Assembly: GCA_964016885.1 (NCBI GenBank)
Contig: OZ024754.1
Location: 19,344,001 to 19,408,000 of the forward strand
Origin: Eledone cirrhosa
Taxonomy: Eukaryota
Direction of reading: 5' to 3'
Length of the DNA: 64,000 nt
Below are positions 1 through 13,600 of the stretch, in pieces. Each line of letters starts with the position of its first letter. Within the stretch, counting starts at the first letter, position 1. Under the pieces are notes generated by a model, which saw only the letters and a program-made list of their open reading frames with translations, was not told the DNA's origin and made no database searches. The position numbers and the translations under genes are program-made.

Positions 1-3000
1 AAGTCACTTGTCAGACATGTACAACTGTGGCTAAAATGACTCTTCCATGATATAGTTACTTTAGTTTGAACACAGTCTTAGTTCAAGTCACTTGCCAGAC
101 ATGTACAACTGTGGCTAAAATAACTCTTCCATGATATAGTTACTTTAGTTTCAACACAGCCTCTGATAAAGTCACTTGCCAGACATGTACAACTGTGGCT
201 AAAATGACTCTTCCATGATATAGTTACTTTAGTTTCAACACACTCTCAGATCAAGTCACTTACCAGACATGTACAACTGTGGCTAAAATGACTCTTCCAT
301 GATATAGTTACTTTAGTTTCAACACAATCTCAGATCAAGTCACTTGCCAGACATTTACAACTGTGGCTAAAATGACTCTTCCATGATATAGTTACATTAG
401 TTTCAACACAGTCTCAGATCAGGTTACTTGCCAGACATGTACAACTGTGGCTGAAATGACTCTTCCATGATATAGTTACTTTAGTTTCAACACAGTCACA
501 GATCAAGTCACTTGCCAGATATGTACAAGTTTAGCAAAAATGACTCTTCAATGATATAGTTACTTTAGTTTCAACACAACCTCAGATCATGTCACTTGCC
601 AGAGATCTACAACTGTGGCTAAAATGAGTCTACCATGATATAGTTACTTTAGTTTGAACACAGTCTCAGATCAAGTCACTTGCCAGACATGTACAACTGT
701 AGCTAAAATGAATCTTCCATGATGTAGTACTTTAGTTTCAACACTGTCTCAGATCAAGTCACTTGCCAGACATGTACAACTGTGGCTAAAATGAATCTTA
801 CATGATATAGTTACTTTAGTTTCAACACAGTCTCAGATCAGTTGTCTTGCCAGACATGTACAACTGTGGCTAAAATGACTCTTCCATGATATAGTTACTT
901 TAGTTTCAACACAGTCTCAGATCAAGTCACTTGCCAGACATGTACAACTGTGGCTAAAATGACTCTTCCATGATATAGTTACTTTAGTTTCAAAATAGTC
1001 TCAGATCAAGTCACTTGCCAGACATGTACAACTGTGGCTAAAATGACTCTTCCATGATATAGTTACTTTAGTTTCAACACAGTCTCAGATCAAGATACTT
1101 GTCAGACATGTACAACTGTGGCTAAAATGAATCTTCCATGATATAGTTACTTTAGTTTCAACACAGTCTCGAATCAAGTCACTTGCCAGACATGTACAAC
1201 TGTAGCTAAAATGACTCTTCCATGATATGGTTACTTTAGTTTAAACACAGTCTCAGATCAAGTCACTTTCAAGGCATGTACAACTGTGGCTGAAATGACT
1301 CCGCCATTATATAGTTACTTTAGTTTCAACACAATCTCAGATCAAATCACTTGCCAGACATGTACAACTGTGGCTAAAATGACTCTTCCATGATAAAGTT
1401 ACTTTAGTTTCAACACAGTCTCAGATCAAGTCACTTGTCAGACATGTACAACTGTGTCTAAAATGACTCTTCCATGATATAGTTACTTTAGTTTGAACAC
1501 AGTCTTAGATCAAGTCACTTGACAGACATGTACAACTGTGGCTAAAATAACTCTTCCATGATATAGTTACTTTAGTTTCAACACAATCTCAGATCAAGTC
1601 ACTTGCCAGACATTTACAACTGTGGCTAAAATGACTCTTCCATGATATAGTTACTTTAGTTTCAACACAGTCTCAGATCAAGTTACTTGCCAGACATGTA
1701 CAACTGTGGCTAAAATGAATCTTCCATGATATAGTTACTTTAGTTTCAATACAGTCTCGAATCAAGTCACTTGCCAGACATGTACAACTGTGGCTAAATT
1801 GACTCTTCCATGATATAGTTACTTTAGTTTCAACACGATCTCAGATCAAGTCACTTGCCAGACATGTGCAACTGTGGCTAAAATGACTCTTCCATGATAT
1901 AGTTACTTTAGTTTCAACACAATCTCAGATAATGTCACTTGCCAGACATGTACAACTCTGGCTAAAATAACTCTTCCATGATATAGTTACTTTAGTTTCA
2001 ACACAGTCCCAGATCAAGTCTCTTTCCAGGCATGTACAACTGTGGCTGAAATGACTCTTCCATGATATAGTTACTTTAGTTTCAACACAATCACAGATCA
2101 AGTCACTTGCCAGACATGTACAAGTTTAGCAAAAATGACTCTTCAATGATATAGTTACTTTAGTTTCAACACAACCTCAGATCATTTCACTTGCCAGAGA
2201 TCTACAACTGTGGCTAAAATGAGTCTACCATGATATAGTTACTTTAGTTTCAACACAGTCTCAGATCAAGTCACTTGCCAGACATGTACAACTGTGGCTA
2301 AAATTACTCTTTCATGATATAGTTACTTTAGTTTCAACACATTCACAGATCAAGTCACTTGCCAGACATGTACAACCGTAGCTAAAATGACTCTTCCATG
2401 ATATAGTTACTTTAGTTTAAACACAGTCTCAGATCAAGTCAATTTCAAGGCATGTACAACTGTGGCTGAAATGACTCTTCCATTATATAGTTACATTACT
2501 TTCAACACAGTCACAGATCAAGTCACTTTCCAGGCATGTACAACTGTGGCTGAAATGACTCTTCCATTATATAGTTACTTTAGTTTCAACACAAACCCAG
2601 ATCAAGTCACTTGCCAGACATATGCAACTGTGGCTAAAATGACTCTTCCATGATATAGTTACTTTAGTTTCAACACAATCTCAGATCATGTCACTTGCCA
2701 GACATGTACAACTGTGGCTCAAATGACTCTTCCATGATATAGTTACTTTAGTTTCAACACAGTGTCAGATCAAGTCACTTGTCAGACATGTACAACTGTG
2801 GCTAAAATGACTCTTCCATGATATAGTTACTTTAGTTTGAACACAGTCTTAGATCAAGTCACTTGCCAGACATGTACAACTGTGGCTAAAATAACTCTTC
2901 CATGATATAGTTACTTTAGTTTCAACACAGCCTCTGATAAAGTCACTAGCCAGACATGTACAACTGTGGCTAAAATGACTGTTCCATGATATAGTTACTT

Positions 3001-3265
3001 TAGTTTCAACACACTCTCAGATCAAGTCACTTACCAGACATGTACAACTGTGGCTAAAATGACTCTTCCATGATATAGTTACTTTAGTTTCAACACAATC
3101 TCAGATCAAGTCACTTGCCAGACATTTACAACTGTGGCTAAAATGACTCTTCCATGATATAGTTACTTTAGTTTCAACACAGTCTCAGATCAGGTTACTT
3201 GCCAGACATGTACAACTGTGGCTGAAATGACTCTTCCATGATATAGTTACTTTAGTTTCAACACA
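1..3265. repeat. Block duplicated at 12093-15357 (offset 12092 bp = 144 monomers minus 4 bp)
   Basis: Private variants are shared at a constant offset: ttagttcaag (~78/12170), actccgcc (~1298/13390), tgataaagtt (1391/13483), acaaaccc (2591/14683) and ORFs 2462/14554. Five 1-bp deletions and one 1-bp insertion between the copy starts account for the -4. Confidence 0.92.
1008..1091 (+). repeat. Exemplar consensus 84-bp monomer
   Basis: Read directly. Composition is A26 T26 C19 G13, with no CpG, 10 CpA and 6 TpG when counted circularly. Confidence 0.95.
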
Positions 3266-4279
3266 CTCTCAGATCAAGTTACTTGCCAGACATGTACAAC
3301 TGTGGCTAAAATGAATCTTCCATGATATAGTTACTTTAGTTTCAATACAGTCTCGAATCAAGTCACTAGCCAGACATGTACAACTGTGGCTAAAATGACT
3401 CTTCCATGATATAGTTACTTTAGTTTCAACACAGTCTCAGATCAAGTTACTTGCCAGACATGTACAACTGTGGCTAAAATGACTCTTCCATGATATACTT
3501 ACTTTAGTTTCAACACAGTTTCACATCAAGTCACTTGCCAGACATGTACAACTGTGGCTAAAATGACTCTTCCATGATATAGTTACTTTAGTTTCAACAC
3601 AGTCACAGATAAAGTCACTTGCCAGACATGTACAACTGTGGCTAAAATGACTCATCCATGATATACTTACTTTAGTTTCAACACAGTCACAGATCAAGTC
3701 ACTTGCCAGACATGTACAACTGTGGCTAAAATCACTCTTCCATGAAATAGTTACTTTAGTTTCAACACAGTCTCAGATCAAATCACTTGCCAGACATGTA
3801 CAACTGTGGCTAAAATGACTCTTCCATGATATAGTTACTTTAGTTTGAACACAGTCTTAGATCAAGTCACTTGCCAGACATGTACAACTGTGGCTAAAAT
3901 AACTCTTCCATGATATAGTTACTTTAGTTTCAACACAGCCTCTGATAAAGTCACTTGCCAGACATGTACAACTGTGGCTAAAATGACTGTTCCATGATAT
4001 AGTTACTTTAGTTTCAACACAGTCTCAGATCAAGTCACTTACCAGACATGTACAACTGTGGCTAAAATGACTCTTCCATGATATAGTTACTTTAGTTTCA
4101 ACAGAATCTCAGATCAAGTCACTTGCCAGACATTTACAACTGTGGCTAAAATGACTCTTCCATGATATAGTTACTTTAGTTTCAACACAGTCTCAGATCA
4201 AGTCACTTACCAGACATATGCAACTGTGGCTAAAATGACTCTTCCATGATATAGTTACTTTAGTTTCAACACAATCTCA

Positions 4280-6825
4280 GATCAAGTCACTTGCCAGACA
4301 TGTACAACTGTGGCTAAAATGACTCTTCCATGATATAGTTACTTTAGTTTCAACACAGTCTCAGATCAAGTCACTTGCCAGACATGTACAACTGAGGCTA
4401 AAATGACTCTTCCATGTTATAGTTACTTTAGTTTCAACACAGTCTTAGATCACGTCACTTGCCAGACATGTACAACTGTGGCTAAAATGACTCTTTCATG
4501 ATATAGTTACTTTAGTTTCAACACATTCACAGATCAAGTCACTTGCCAGACATGTACAACTGTGGCTAAAATGACTCTTCCATGATATAGTTACTTTAGT
4601 TTGAACACAGTCTTAGATCAAGTCACTTGCTAGACATGTACAACTGTGGCTAAAATAACTCTTCCATGATATAGTTACTTTAGTTTCAACACAGTCACAG
4701 ATCATGTCAATTGCCAGAGATCTACAACTGTGGCTAAAATGAGTCTACCATGATATAGTTACTTTAGTTTGAACACAGTCTGAGATCAAGTCACTTGCCA
4801 GACATGTACAACTGTAGCTAAAATGAATCTTCCATGATGTAGTACTTTAGTTTCAACACAGTCTGAGATCAAGTCACTTGCCAGACATGTACAACTGTGG
4901 CTAAAATGAATCTTACATGATATAGTTACTTTAGTTTCAACACAGTCTCAGATCAGTTGTCTTGCCAGACATGTACAACTATGGCTAAAATGACTCTTCC
5001 ATGATATAGTTACTTTAGTTTCAACACAGTCTCAGATCATGTCACTTGCCAGACATGTACAACTGTGGCTAAAATGATTCTTCCATGATATAGTTACTTT
5101 AGTTTCAAAATAGTCTCAGATCAAGTCACTTGCCAGACATGTACAACTGTGGCTAAAATGACTCTTCCATGATATAGTTACTTTAGTTTCAACACAGTCT
5201 CAGATCAAGATACTTGTCAGACATGTACAACTGTGGCTAAAAGGAATCTTCCATGATATAGTTACTTTAGTTTCAACACAGTCTCGAATCAAGTCACTTG
5301 CCAGACATGTACAACTGTGGCTAAAATGACTCTTCCATGATATAGTTACTTTAGTTTCAACACAATCTCAGATCATGTCACTTGCCAGACATGTACAACT
5401 GTGGCTAAAATGACTCTTCCATGATATAGTTACTTTAGTTTCAACACAGTCCCAGATAAAGTCACTTTCCAGGCATGTACAACTGTGGCTAAAATGACTC
5501 TTTCATGATATAGTTACTTTAGTTTCAACACATTCACAGATCAAGTCACTTGCCAGACATGTACAACTGTGGCTAAAATGACTCTTCCATGATATAGTTA
5601 CTTTAGTTTCAACACAGTCTCAGATCAAGTCACTTGCCAGACATGTACAACTGAGGCTAAAATGACTCTTCCATGTTATAGTTACTTTAGTTTCAACACA
5701 GTCTTAGATCACGTCACTTGCCAGACATGTACAACTGTGGCTAAAATGACTCTTTCATGATATAGTTACTTTAGTTTCAACACATTCACAGATCAAGTCA
5801 CTTGCCAGACATGTACAACTGTGGCTAAAATGACTCTTCCATGATATAGTTACTTTAGTTTGAACACAGTCTTAGATCAAGTCACTTGCTAGACATGTAC
5901 AACTGTGGCTAAAATAACTCTTCCATGATATAGTTACTTTAGTTTCAACACAGTCACAGATCATGTCAATTGCCAGAGATCTACAACTGTGGCTAAAATG
6001 AGTCTACCATGATATAGTTACTTTAGTTTGAACACAGTCTGAGATCAAGTCACTTGCCAGACATGTACAACTGTAGCTAAAATGAATCTTCCATGATGTA
6101 GTACTTTAGTTTCAACACAGTCTGAGATCAAGTCACTTGCCAGACATGTACAACTGTGGCTAAAATGAATCTTACATGATATAGTTACTTTAGTTTCAAC
6201 ACAGTCTCAGATCAGTTGTCTTGCCAGACATGTACAACTATGGCTAAAATGACTCTTCCATGATATAGTTACTTTAGTTTCAACACAGTCTCAGATCATG
6301 TCACTTGCCAGACATGTACAACTGTGGCTAAAATGATTCTTCCATGATATAGTTACTTTAGTTTCAAAATAGTCTCAGATCAAGTCACTTGCCAGACATG
6401 TACAACTGTGGCTAAAATGACTCTTCCATGATATAGTTACTTTAGTTTCAACACAGTCTCAGATCAAGATACTTGTCAGACATGTACAACTGTGGCTAAA
6501 ATGAATCTTCCATGATATAGTTACTTTAGTTTCAACACAGTCTCGAATCAAGTCACTTGCCAGACATGTACAACTGTGGCTAAAATGACTCTTCCATGAT
6601 ATAGTTACTTTAGTTTCAACACAATCTCAGATCATGTCACTTGCCAGACATGTACAACTGTGGCTAAAATGACTCTTACATGATATAGTTACTTTAGTTT
6701 CAACACAGTCCCAGATAAAGTCACTTTCCAGGCATGTACAACTGTGGCTAAAATGACTCTTTCATGATATAGTTACTTTAGTTTCAACACATTCACAGAT
6801 CAAGTCACTTGCCAGACATGTACAA
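4280..6825. repeat. Tandem duplication of a 15-monomer unit (1259 bp)
   Basis: The rare variants actgagg (4391/5650), catgttat, gtcaattgcc, gtctgagat and actatgg each occur twice, 1259 bp apart (15x84-1). Confidence 0.9.
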
Positions 6826-9800
6826 CTGTAGCTAAAATGACTCTTCCATGATATGGTTACTTTAGTTTAAACACAGTCTCAGATCAAGTCACTTTCAAGG
6901 CATGTACAACTGTGGCTGAAATGACTCTTCCATTATATAGTTACATTACTTTCAACACAGTCACAGATCAAGTCACTTTCCAGGCATGTACAACTGTGGC
7001 TGAAATGACTCTTCCATTATATAGTTACTTTAGTTTCAACACAATCCCAGATCAAGTCACTTGCCAGACATATGCAACTGTGGCTAAAATGACTCTTCCA
7101 TGATATAGTTACTTTAGTTTCAACACAATCTCAGATCATGTCACTTGCCAGACATGTACAACTGTGGCTAAAATGACTCTTCCATGATATAGTTACTTTA
7201 GTTTCAACACAGTCTCAGATCAAGTCACTTGTCAGACATGTACAACTGTGGCTAAAATGACTCTTCCATGATATAGTTACTTTAGTTTCAACACAGTCTT
7301 AGATCACGTCACTTGCCAGACATGTACAACTGTGGCTAAAATGACTCTTTCATGATATAGTTACTTTAGTTTCAACACATTCACAGATCAAGTCACTTGC
7401 CAGACATGTACAACTGTAGCTAAAATGACTCTTCCATGATATAGTTACTTTAGTTTGAACACAGTCTTAGATCAAGTCACTTGCTAGACATGTACAACTG
7501 TGGCTAAAATAACTCTTCCATGATATAGTTATTTTAGTTTCAACACAGTCCCAGATCAAGTCACTTTCCAGGCATGTACAACTGTGGCTGAAATGACTCT
7601 TCCATGATATAGTTACTTTAGTTTCAACACAGTCTCAGATCAAGTCACTTGCCAGATATGTACAAGTTTAGCAAAAATGACTCTTCAATGATATAGTTAC
7701 TTTAGTTTCAACACAACCTCAGATCATGTCACTTGCCAGAGATCTACAACTGTGGCTAAAATGAGTCTACCATGATATAGTTACTTTAGTTTGAACACAG
7801 TCTCAGATCAAGTCACTTGCCAGACATGTACAACTGTAGCTAAAATGAATCTTCCATGATGTAGTACTTTAGTTTCAACACTGTCTCAGATCAAATCACT
7901 TGCCAGACATGTACAACTGTGGCTAAAATGAATCTTACATGATATAGTTACTTTAGTTTCAACACAGTCTCAGATCAGTTGTCTTGCCAGACATGTACAA
8001 CTGTGGCTAAAATGACTCTTCCATGATATAGTTACTTTAGTTTCAACACAGTCTCAGATCAAGTCACTTGCCAGACATGTACAACTGTGGCTAAAATGAC
8101 TCTTCCATGATATAGTTACTTTAGTTTCAAAATAGTCTCAGATCAAGTCACTTGCCAGACATGTACAACTGTGGCTAAAATGACTCTTCCATGATATAGT
8201 TACTTTAGTTTCAACACAGTCTCAGATTAAGATACTTGTCAGACATGTACAACTGTGGCTAAAATGAATCTTCCATGATATAGTTACTTTAGTTTCAACA
8301 CAGTCTCGAATCAAGTCACTTGCCAGACATGTACAACTGTAGCTAAAATGACTCTTCCATGATATGGTTACTTTAGCTTAAACACAGTCTCAGATCAAGT
8401 CACTTCCAAGGCATGTACAACTGTGGCTGAAATGACTCCTCCATTATATAGTTACATTACTTTCAACACAGTCACAGATCAAGTCACTTTCCAGGCATGT
8501 ACAACTGTGGCTGAAATGACTCTTCCATTATATAGTTACTTTAGTTTCAACACAATCCCAGATCAAGTCACTTGCCAGACATATGCAACTGTGGCTAAAA
8601 TGACTCTTCCATGATATAGTTACTTTAGTTTCAACACAATCTCAGATCAAGTCACTTGCCAGACATGTACAACTGTGGCTAAAATGACTCTTCCATGATA
8701 TAGTTACTTTAGTTTCAAAATAGTCTCAGATCAAGTCACTTGCCAGACATGTATAACTGTGGCTAAAATGACTCTTCCATGATATAGTTACTTTAGTTTC
8801 AACACAGTCTCAGATCAAGTTACTTGCCAGACATGTACAACTGTGGCTAAAATGACTCTTCCATGATATAGTTACTTTAGTTTCAAAATAGTCTCAGATC
8901 AAGTCACTTGCCAGACATGTACAACTGTGGCTAAAATGACTCTTCCATGATATAGTTACTTTAGTTTCAACACAGTCTCAGATCAAGATACTTGTCAGAC
9001 ATGTACAACTGTGGCTAAAATGAATCTTCCATGATATAGTTACTTTAGTTTCAACACAATCTCAGATCATGTCACTTGCCAGACATGTACAACTGTGGCT
9101 AAAATGACTCTTCCATGATATAGTTACTTTAGTTTCAACACAGTCCCAGATAAAGTCACTTTCCAGGCATGTACAACTGTGGCTAAAATGACTCTTTCAT
9201 GATATAGTTACTTTAGTTTCAACACATTCACAGATCAAGTCACTTGCAAGACATGTACAACTGTGGCTAAAATGACTCTTCCATGATATACTTACTTTAG
9301 TTTCAACACAGTCTCAGATCAAGTCACTTGTCAGAGATGTACAACTGTGGCTAAAATGACTCTTCCATGATATAGTTACTTTAGTTTCAACACAGTCTTA
9401 GATCACGTCACTTGCCAGACATGTACAACTGTGGCTAAAATGACTCTTTTATGATATAGTTACTTTAGTTTCAACACATTCATAGATCAAGTCACTTGCC
9501 AGACATGTACAACTGTAGCTAAAATGACTCTTCCATGATATAGTTACTTTAGTTTGAACACAGTCTTAGATCAAGTCACTTGCTAGACATGTACAACTGT
9601 GGCTAAAATAACTCTTCCATAATATAGTTACTTTAGTTTCATCACAGTCCCAGATCAAGTCACTTTCCAGGCATGTACAACTGTGGCTGAAATGACTCTT
9701 CCATGATATAGTTACTTTAGTTTCAAAATAGTCTCAGATCAAGTCACTTGCCAGACATGTATAACTGTGGCTAAAATGACTCTTCCATGATATAGTTACT

Positions 9801-10659
9801 TTAGTTTCAACACAACCTCAGATCATGTCACTTGCCAGAGATCTACAACTGTGGCTAAAATGAGTCTACCATGATATAGTTACTTTAGTTTGAACACAGT
9901 CTCAGATCAAGTCACTTGCCAGACATGTACAACTGTAGCTAAAATGAATCTTCCATGATGTAGTACTTTAGTTTCAACACTGTCTCAGATCAAGTCACTT
10001 GCCAGACATGTACAACTGTGGCTAAAATGAATCTTACATGATATAGTTACTTTAGTTTGAACACAGTCTCAGATCAGTTGTCTTGCCAGACATGTACAAC
10101 TGTGGGTAAAATGACTCTTCCATGATATAGTTACTTTAGTTTCAACACAGTCTCAGATCAAGTCACTTGCCAGACATGTACAACTGTGGCTAAAATGACT
10201 CTTCCATGATATAGTTACTTTAGTTTCAAAATAGTCTCAGATCAGGGTCACTTGCCAGACATGTACAACTGTGGCTAAAATGACTCTTCCATGATATAGT
10301 TACTTTAGTTTCAACACAGTCTCAGATCAAGATACTTGTCAGACATGTACAACTGTGGCTAAAATGAATCTTCCATGATATAGTTACTTTAGTTTCAACA
10401 CAGTCTCGAATCAAGTCACTTGCCAGACATGTACAACTGTAGCTAAAATGACTCTTCCATGATATGGTTACTTTAGTTTAAACACAGTCACAGATCAAGT
10501 CACTTTCCAGGCATGTACAACTGTGGCTGAAATGACTCTTCCATTATATAGTTACTTTAGTTTCAACACAATCCCAGATCAAGTCACTTGCCAGATATAT
10601 GCAACTGTGGCTAAAATGACTCTTCCATGATATAGTTACTTTAGTTTCAACACAATCTC

Positions 10660-13600
10660 AGATCAAGTCACTTGCCAGACATGTACAACTGTGGCTAAAA
10701 TGACTCTTCCATGATATAGTTACTTTAGTTTCAACACAGTCTCAGATCAAGTCACTTGTTAGACATGTACAACTGTGGCTAAAATGACTCTTCCATGATA
10801 TAGTTACTTTAGTTTGAACACAGTCTTAGATCAAGTCACTTGCCAGACATGTACAACTGTGGCTAAAATAACTCTTCCATGATATAGTTACTTTAGTTTC
10901 AACACAATCTCAGATCAAGTCACTTGCCAGACATTTACAACTGTGGCTAAAATGACTCTTCCATGATATAGTTACTTTAGTTTCAACACAGTCTCAGATC
11001 AAGTTACTTGCCAGACATGTACAACTGTGGCTGAAATGAATCTTCCATGATATAGTTACTTTAGTTTCAATACAGTCTCGAATCAAGTCACTTGCCAGAC
11101 ATGTACAACTGTGGCTAAATTGACTCTTCCATGATATAGTTACTTTAGTTTCAACACGATCTCAGATCAAGTCACTTGCCAGACATGTGCAACTGTGGCT
11201 AAAATGACTCTTCCATGATATAGTTACTTTAGTTTCAACACAATCTCAGATAATGTCACTTGCCAGACATGTACAACTCTGGCTAAAATAACTCTTCCAT
11301 GATATAGTTACTTTAGTTTCAACACAGTCCCAGATCAAGTCACTTTCCAGGCATGTACAACTGTGGCTGAAATGACTCTTCCATGATATAGTTACTTTAG
11401 TTTCAACACAATCACAGATCAAGTCACTTGCCAGACATGTACAAGTTTAGCAAAAATGACTCTTCAATGATATAGTTACTTTAGTTTCAACACAACCTCA
11501 GATCATTTCACTTGCCAGAGATCTACAACTGTGGCTAAAATGAGTCTACCATGATATAGTTACTTTAGTTTCAACACAGTCTCAGATCAAGTCACTTGCC
11601 AGACATGTACAACTGTGGCTAAAATTACTCTTTCATGATATAGTTACTTTAGTTTCAACACATTCACAGATCAAGTCACTTGCCAGACATGTACAACCGT
11701 AGCTAAAATGACTCTTCCATGATATAGTTACTTTAGTTTAAACACAGTCTCAGATCAAGTCAATTTCAAGGCATGTACAACTGTGGCTGAAATGACTCTT
11801 CCATTATATAGTTACATTACTTTCAACACAGTCACAGATCAAGTCACTTTCCAGGCATGTACAACTGTGGCTGAAATGACTCTTCCATTATATAGTTACT
11901 TTAGTTTCAACACAATCCCAGATCAAGTCACTTGCCAGACATATGCAACTGTGGCTAAAATGACTCTTCCATGATATAGTTACTTTAGTTTCAACACAAT
12001 CTCAGATCATGTCACTTGCCAGACATGTACAACTGTGGCTCAAATGACTCTTCCATGATATAGTTACTTTAGTTTCAACACAGTGTCAGATCAAGTCACT
12101 TGTCAGACATGTACAACTGTGGCTAAAATGACTCTTCCATGATATAGTTACTTTAGTTTGAACACAGTCTTAGTTCAAGTCACTTGCCAGACATGTACAA
12201 CTGTGGCTAAAATAACTCTTCCATGATATAGTTACTTTAGTTTCAACACAGCCTCTGATAAAGTCACTTGCCAGACATGTACAACTGTGGCTAAAATGAC
12301 TCTTCCATGATATAGTTACTTTAGTTTCAACACACTCTCAGATCAAGTCACTTACCAGACATGTACAACTGTGGCTAAAATGACTCTTCCATGATATAGT
12401 TACTTTAGTTTCAACACAATCTCAGATCAAGTCACTTGCCAGACATTTACAACTGTGGCTAAAATGACTCTTCCATGATATAGTTACATTAGTTTCAACA
12501 CAGTCTCAGATCAGGTTACTTGCCAGACATGTACAACTGTGGCTGAAATGACTCTTCCATGATATAGTTACTTTAGTTTCAACACAGTCACAGATCAAGT
12601 CACTTGCCAGATATGTACAAGTTTAGCAAAAATGACTCTTCAATGATATAGTTACTTTAGTTTCAACACAACCTCAGATCATGTCACTTGCCAGAGATCT
12701 ACAACTGTGGCTAAAATGAGTCTACCATGATATAGTTACTTTAGTTTGAACACAGTCTCAGATCAAGTCACTTGCCAGACATGTACAACTGTAGCTAAAA
12801 TGAATCTTCCATGATGTAGTACTTTAGTTTCAACACTGTCTCAGATCAAGTCACTTGCCAGACATGTACAACTGTGGCTAAAATGAATCTTACATGATAT
12901 AGTTACTTTAGTTTCAACACAGTCTCAGATCAGTTGTCTTGCCAGACATGTACAACTGTGGCTAAAATGACTCTTCCATGATATAGTTACTTTAGTTTCA
13001 ACACAGTCTCAGATCAAGTCACTTGCCAGACATGTACAACTGTGGCTAAAATGACTCTTCCATGATATAGTTACTTTAGTTTCAAAATAGTCTCAGATCA
13101 AGTCACTTGCCAGACATGTACAACTGTGGCTAAAATGACTCTTCCATGATATAGTTACTTTAGTTTCAACACAGTCTCAGATCAAGATACTTGTCAGACA
13201 TGTACAACTGTGGCTAAAATGAATCTTCCATGATATAGTTACTTTAGTTTCAACACAGTCTCGAATCAAGTCACTTGCCAGACATGTACAACTGTAGCTA
13301 AAATGACTCTTCCATGATATGGTTACTTTAGTTTAAACACAGTCTCAGATCAAGTCACTTTCAAGGCATGTACAACTGTGGCTGAAATGACTCCGCCATT
13401 ATATAGTTACTTTAGTTTCAACACAATCTCAGATCAAATCACTTGCCAGACATGTACAACTGTGGCTAAAATGACTCTTCCATGATAAAGTTACTTTAGT
13501 TTCAACACAGTCTCAGATCAAGTCACTTGTCAGACATGTACAACTGTGTCTAAAATGACTCTTCCATGATATAGTTACTTTAGTTTGAACACAGTCTTAG

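Noticed and set aside
1011-1036. Transcription-factor sites: p53-like half site AGACATGTAC, E-boxes CACTTG and CAACTG
   Set aside because: These are short motifs expected by chance. The p53-like half site has a mismatch and no correctly spaced partner, so there is no support without binding data.
1008-1091. Tandem tRNA, 5S rRNA, snRNA or spliced-leader gene array
   Set aside because: I found no cloverleaf, Pol III A/B or C boxes, T-run terminator or spacer between units.
10241-10250. Singleton indels (atcagggtca insertion here; deletions near 26290, 28328 and 37417) as insertion or excision scars
   Set aside because: They are single-base events with no target-site duplication or foreign sequence, and may be ordinary mutations or consensus errors.
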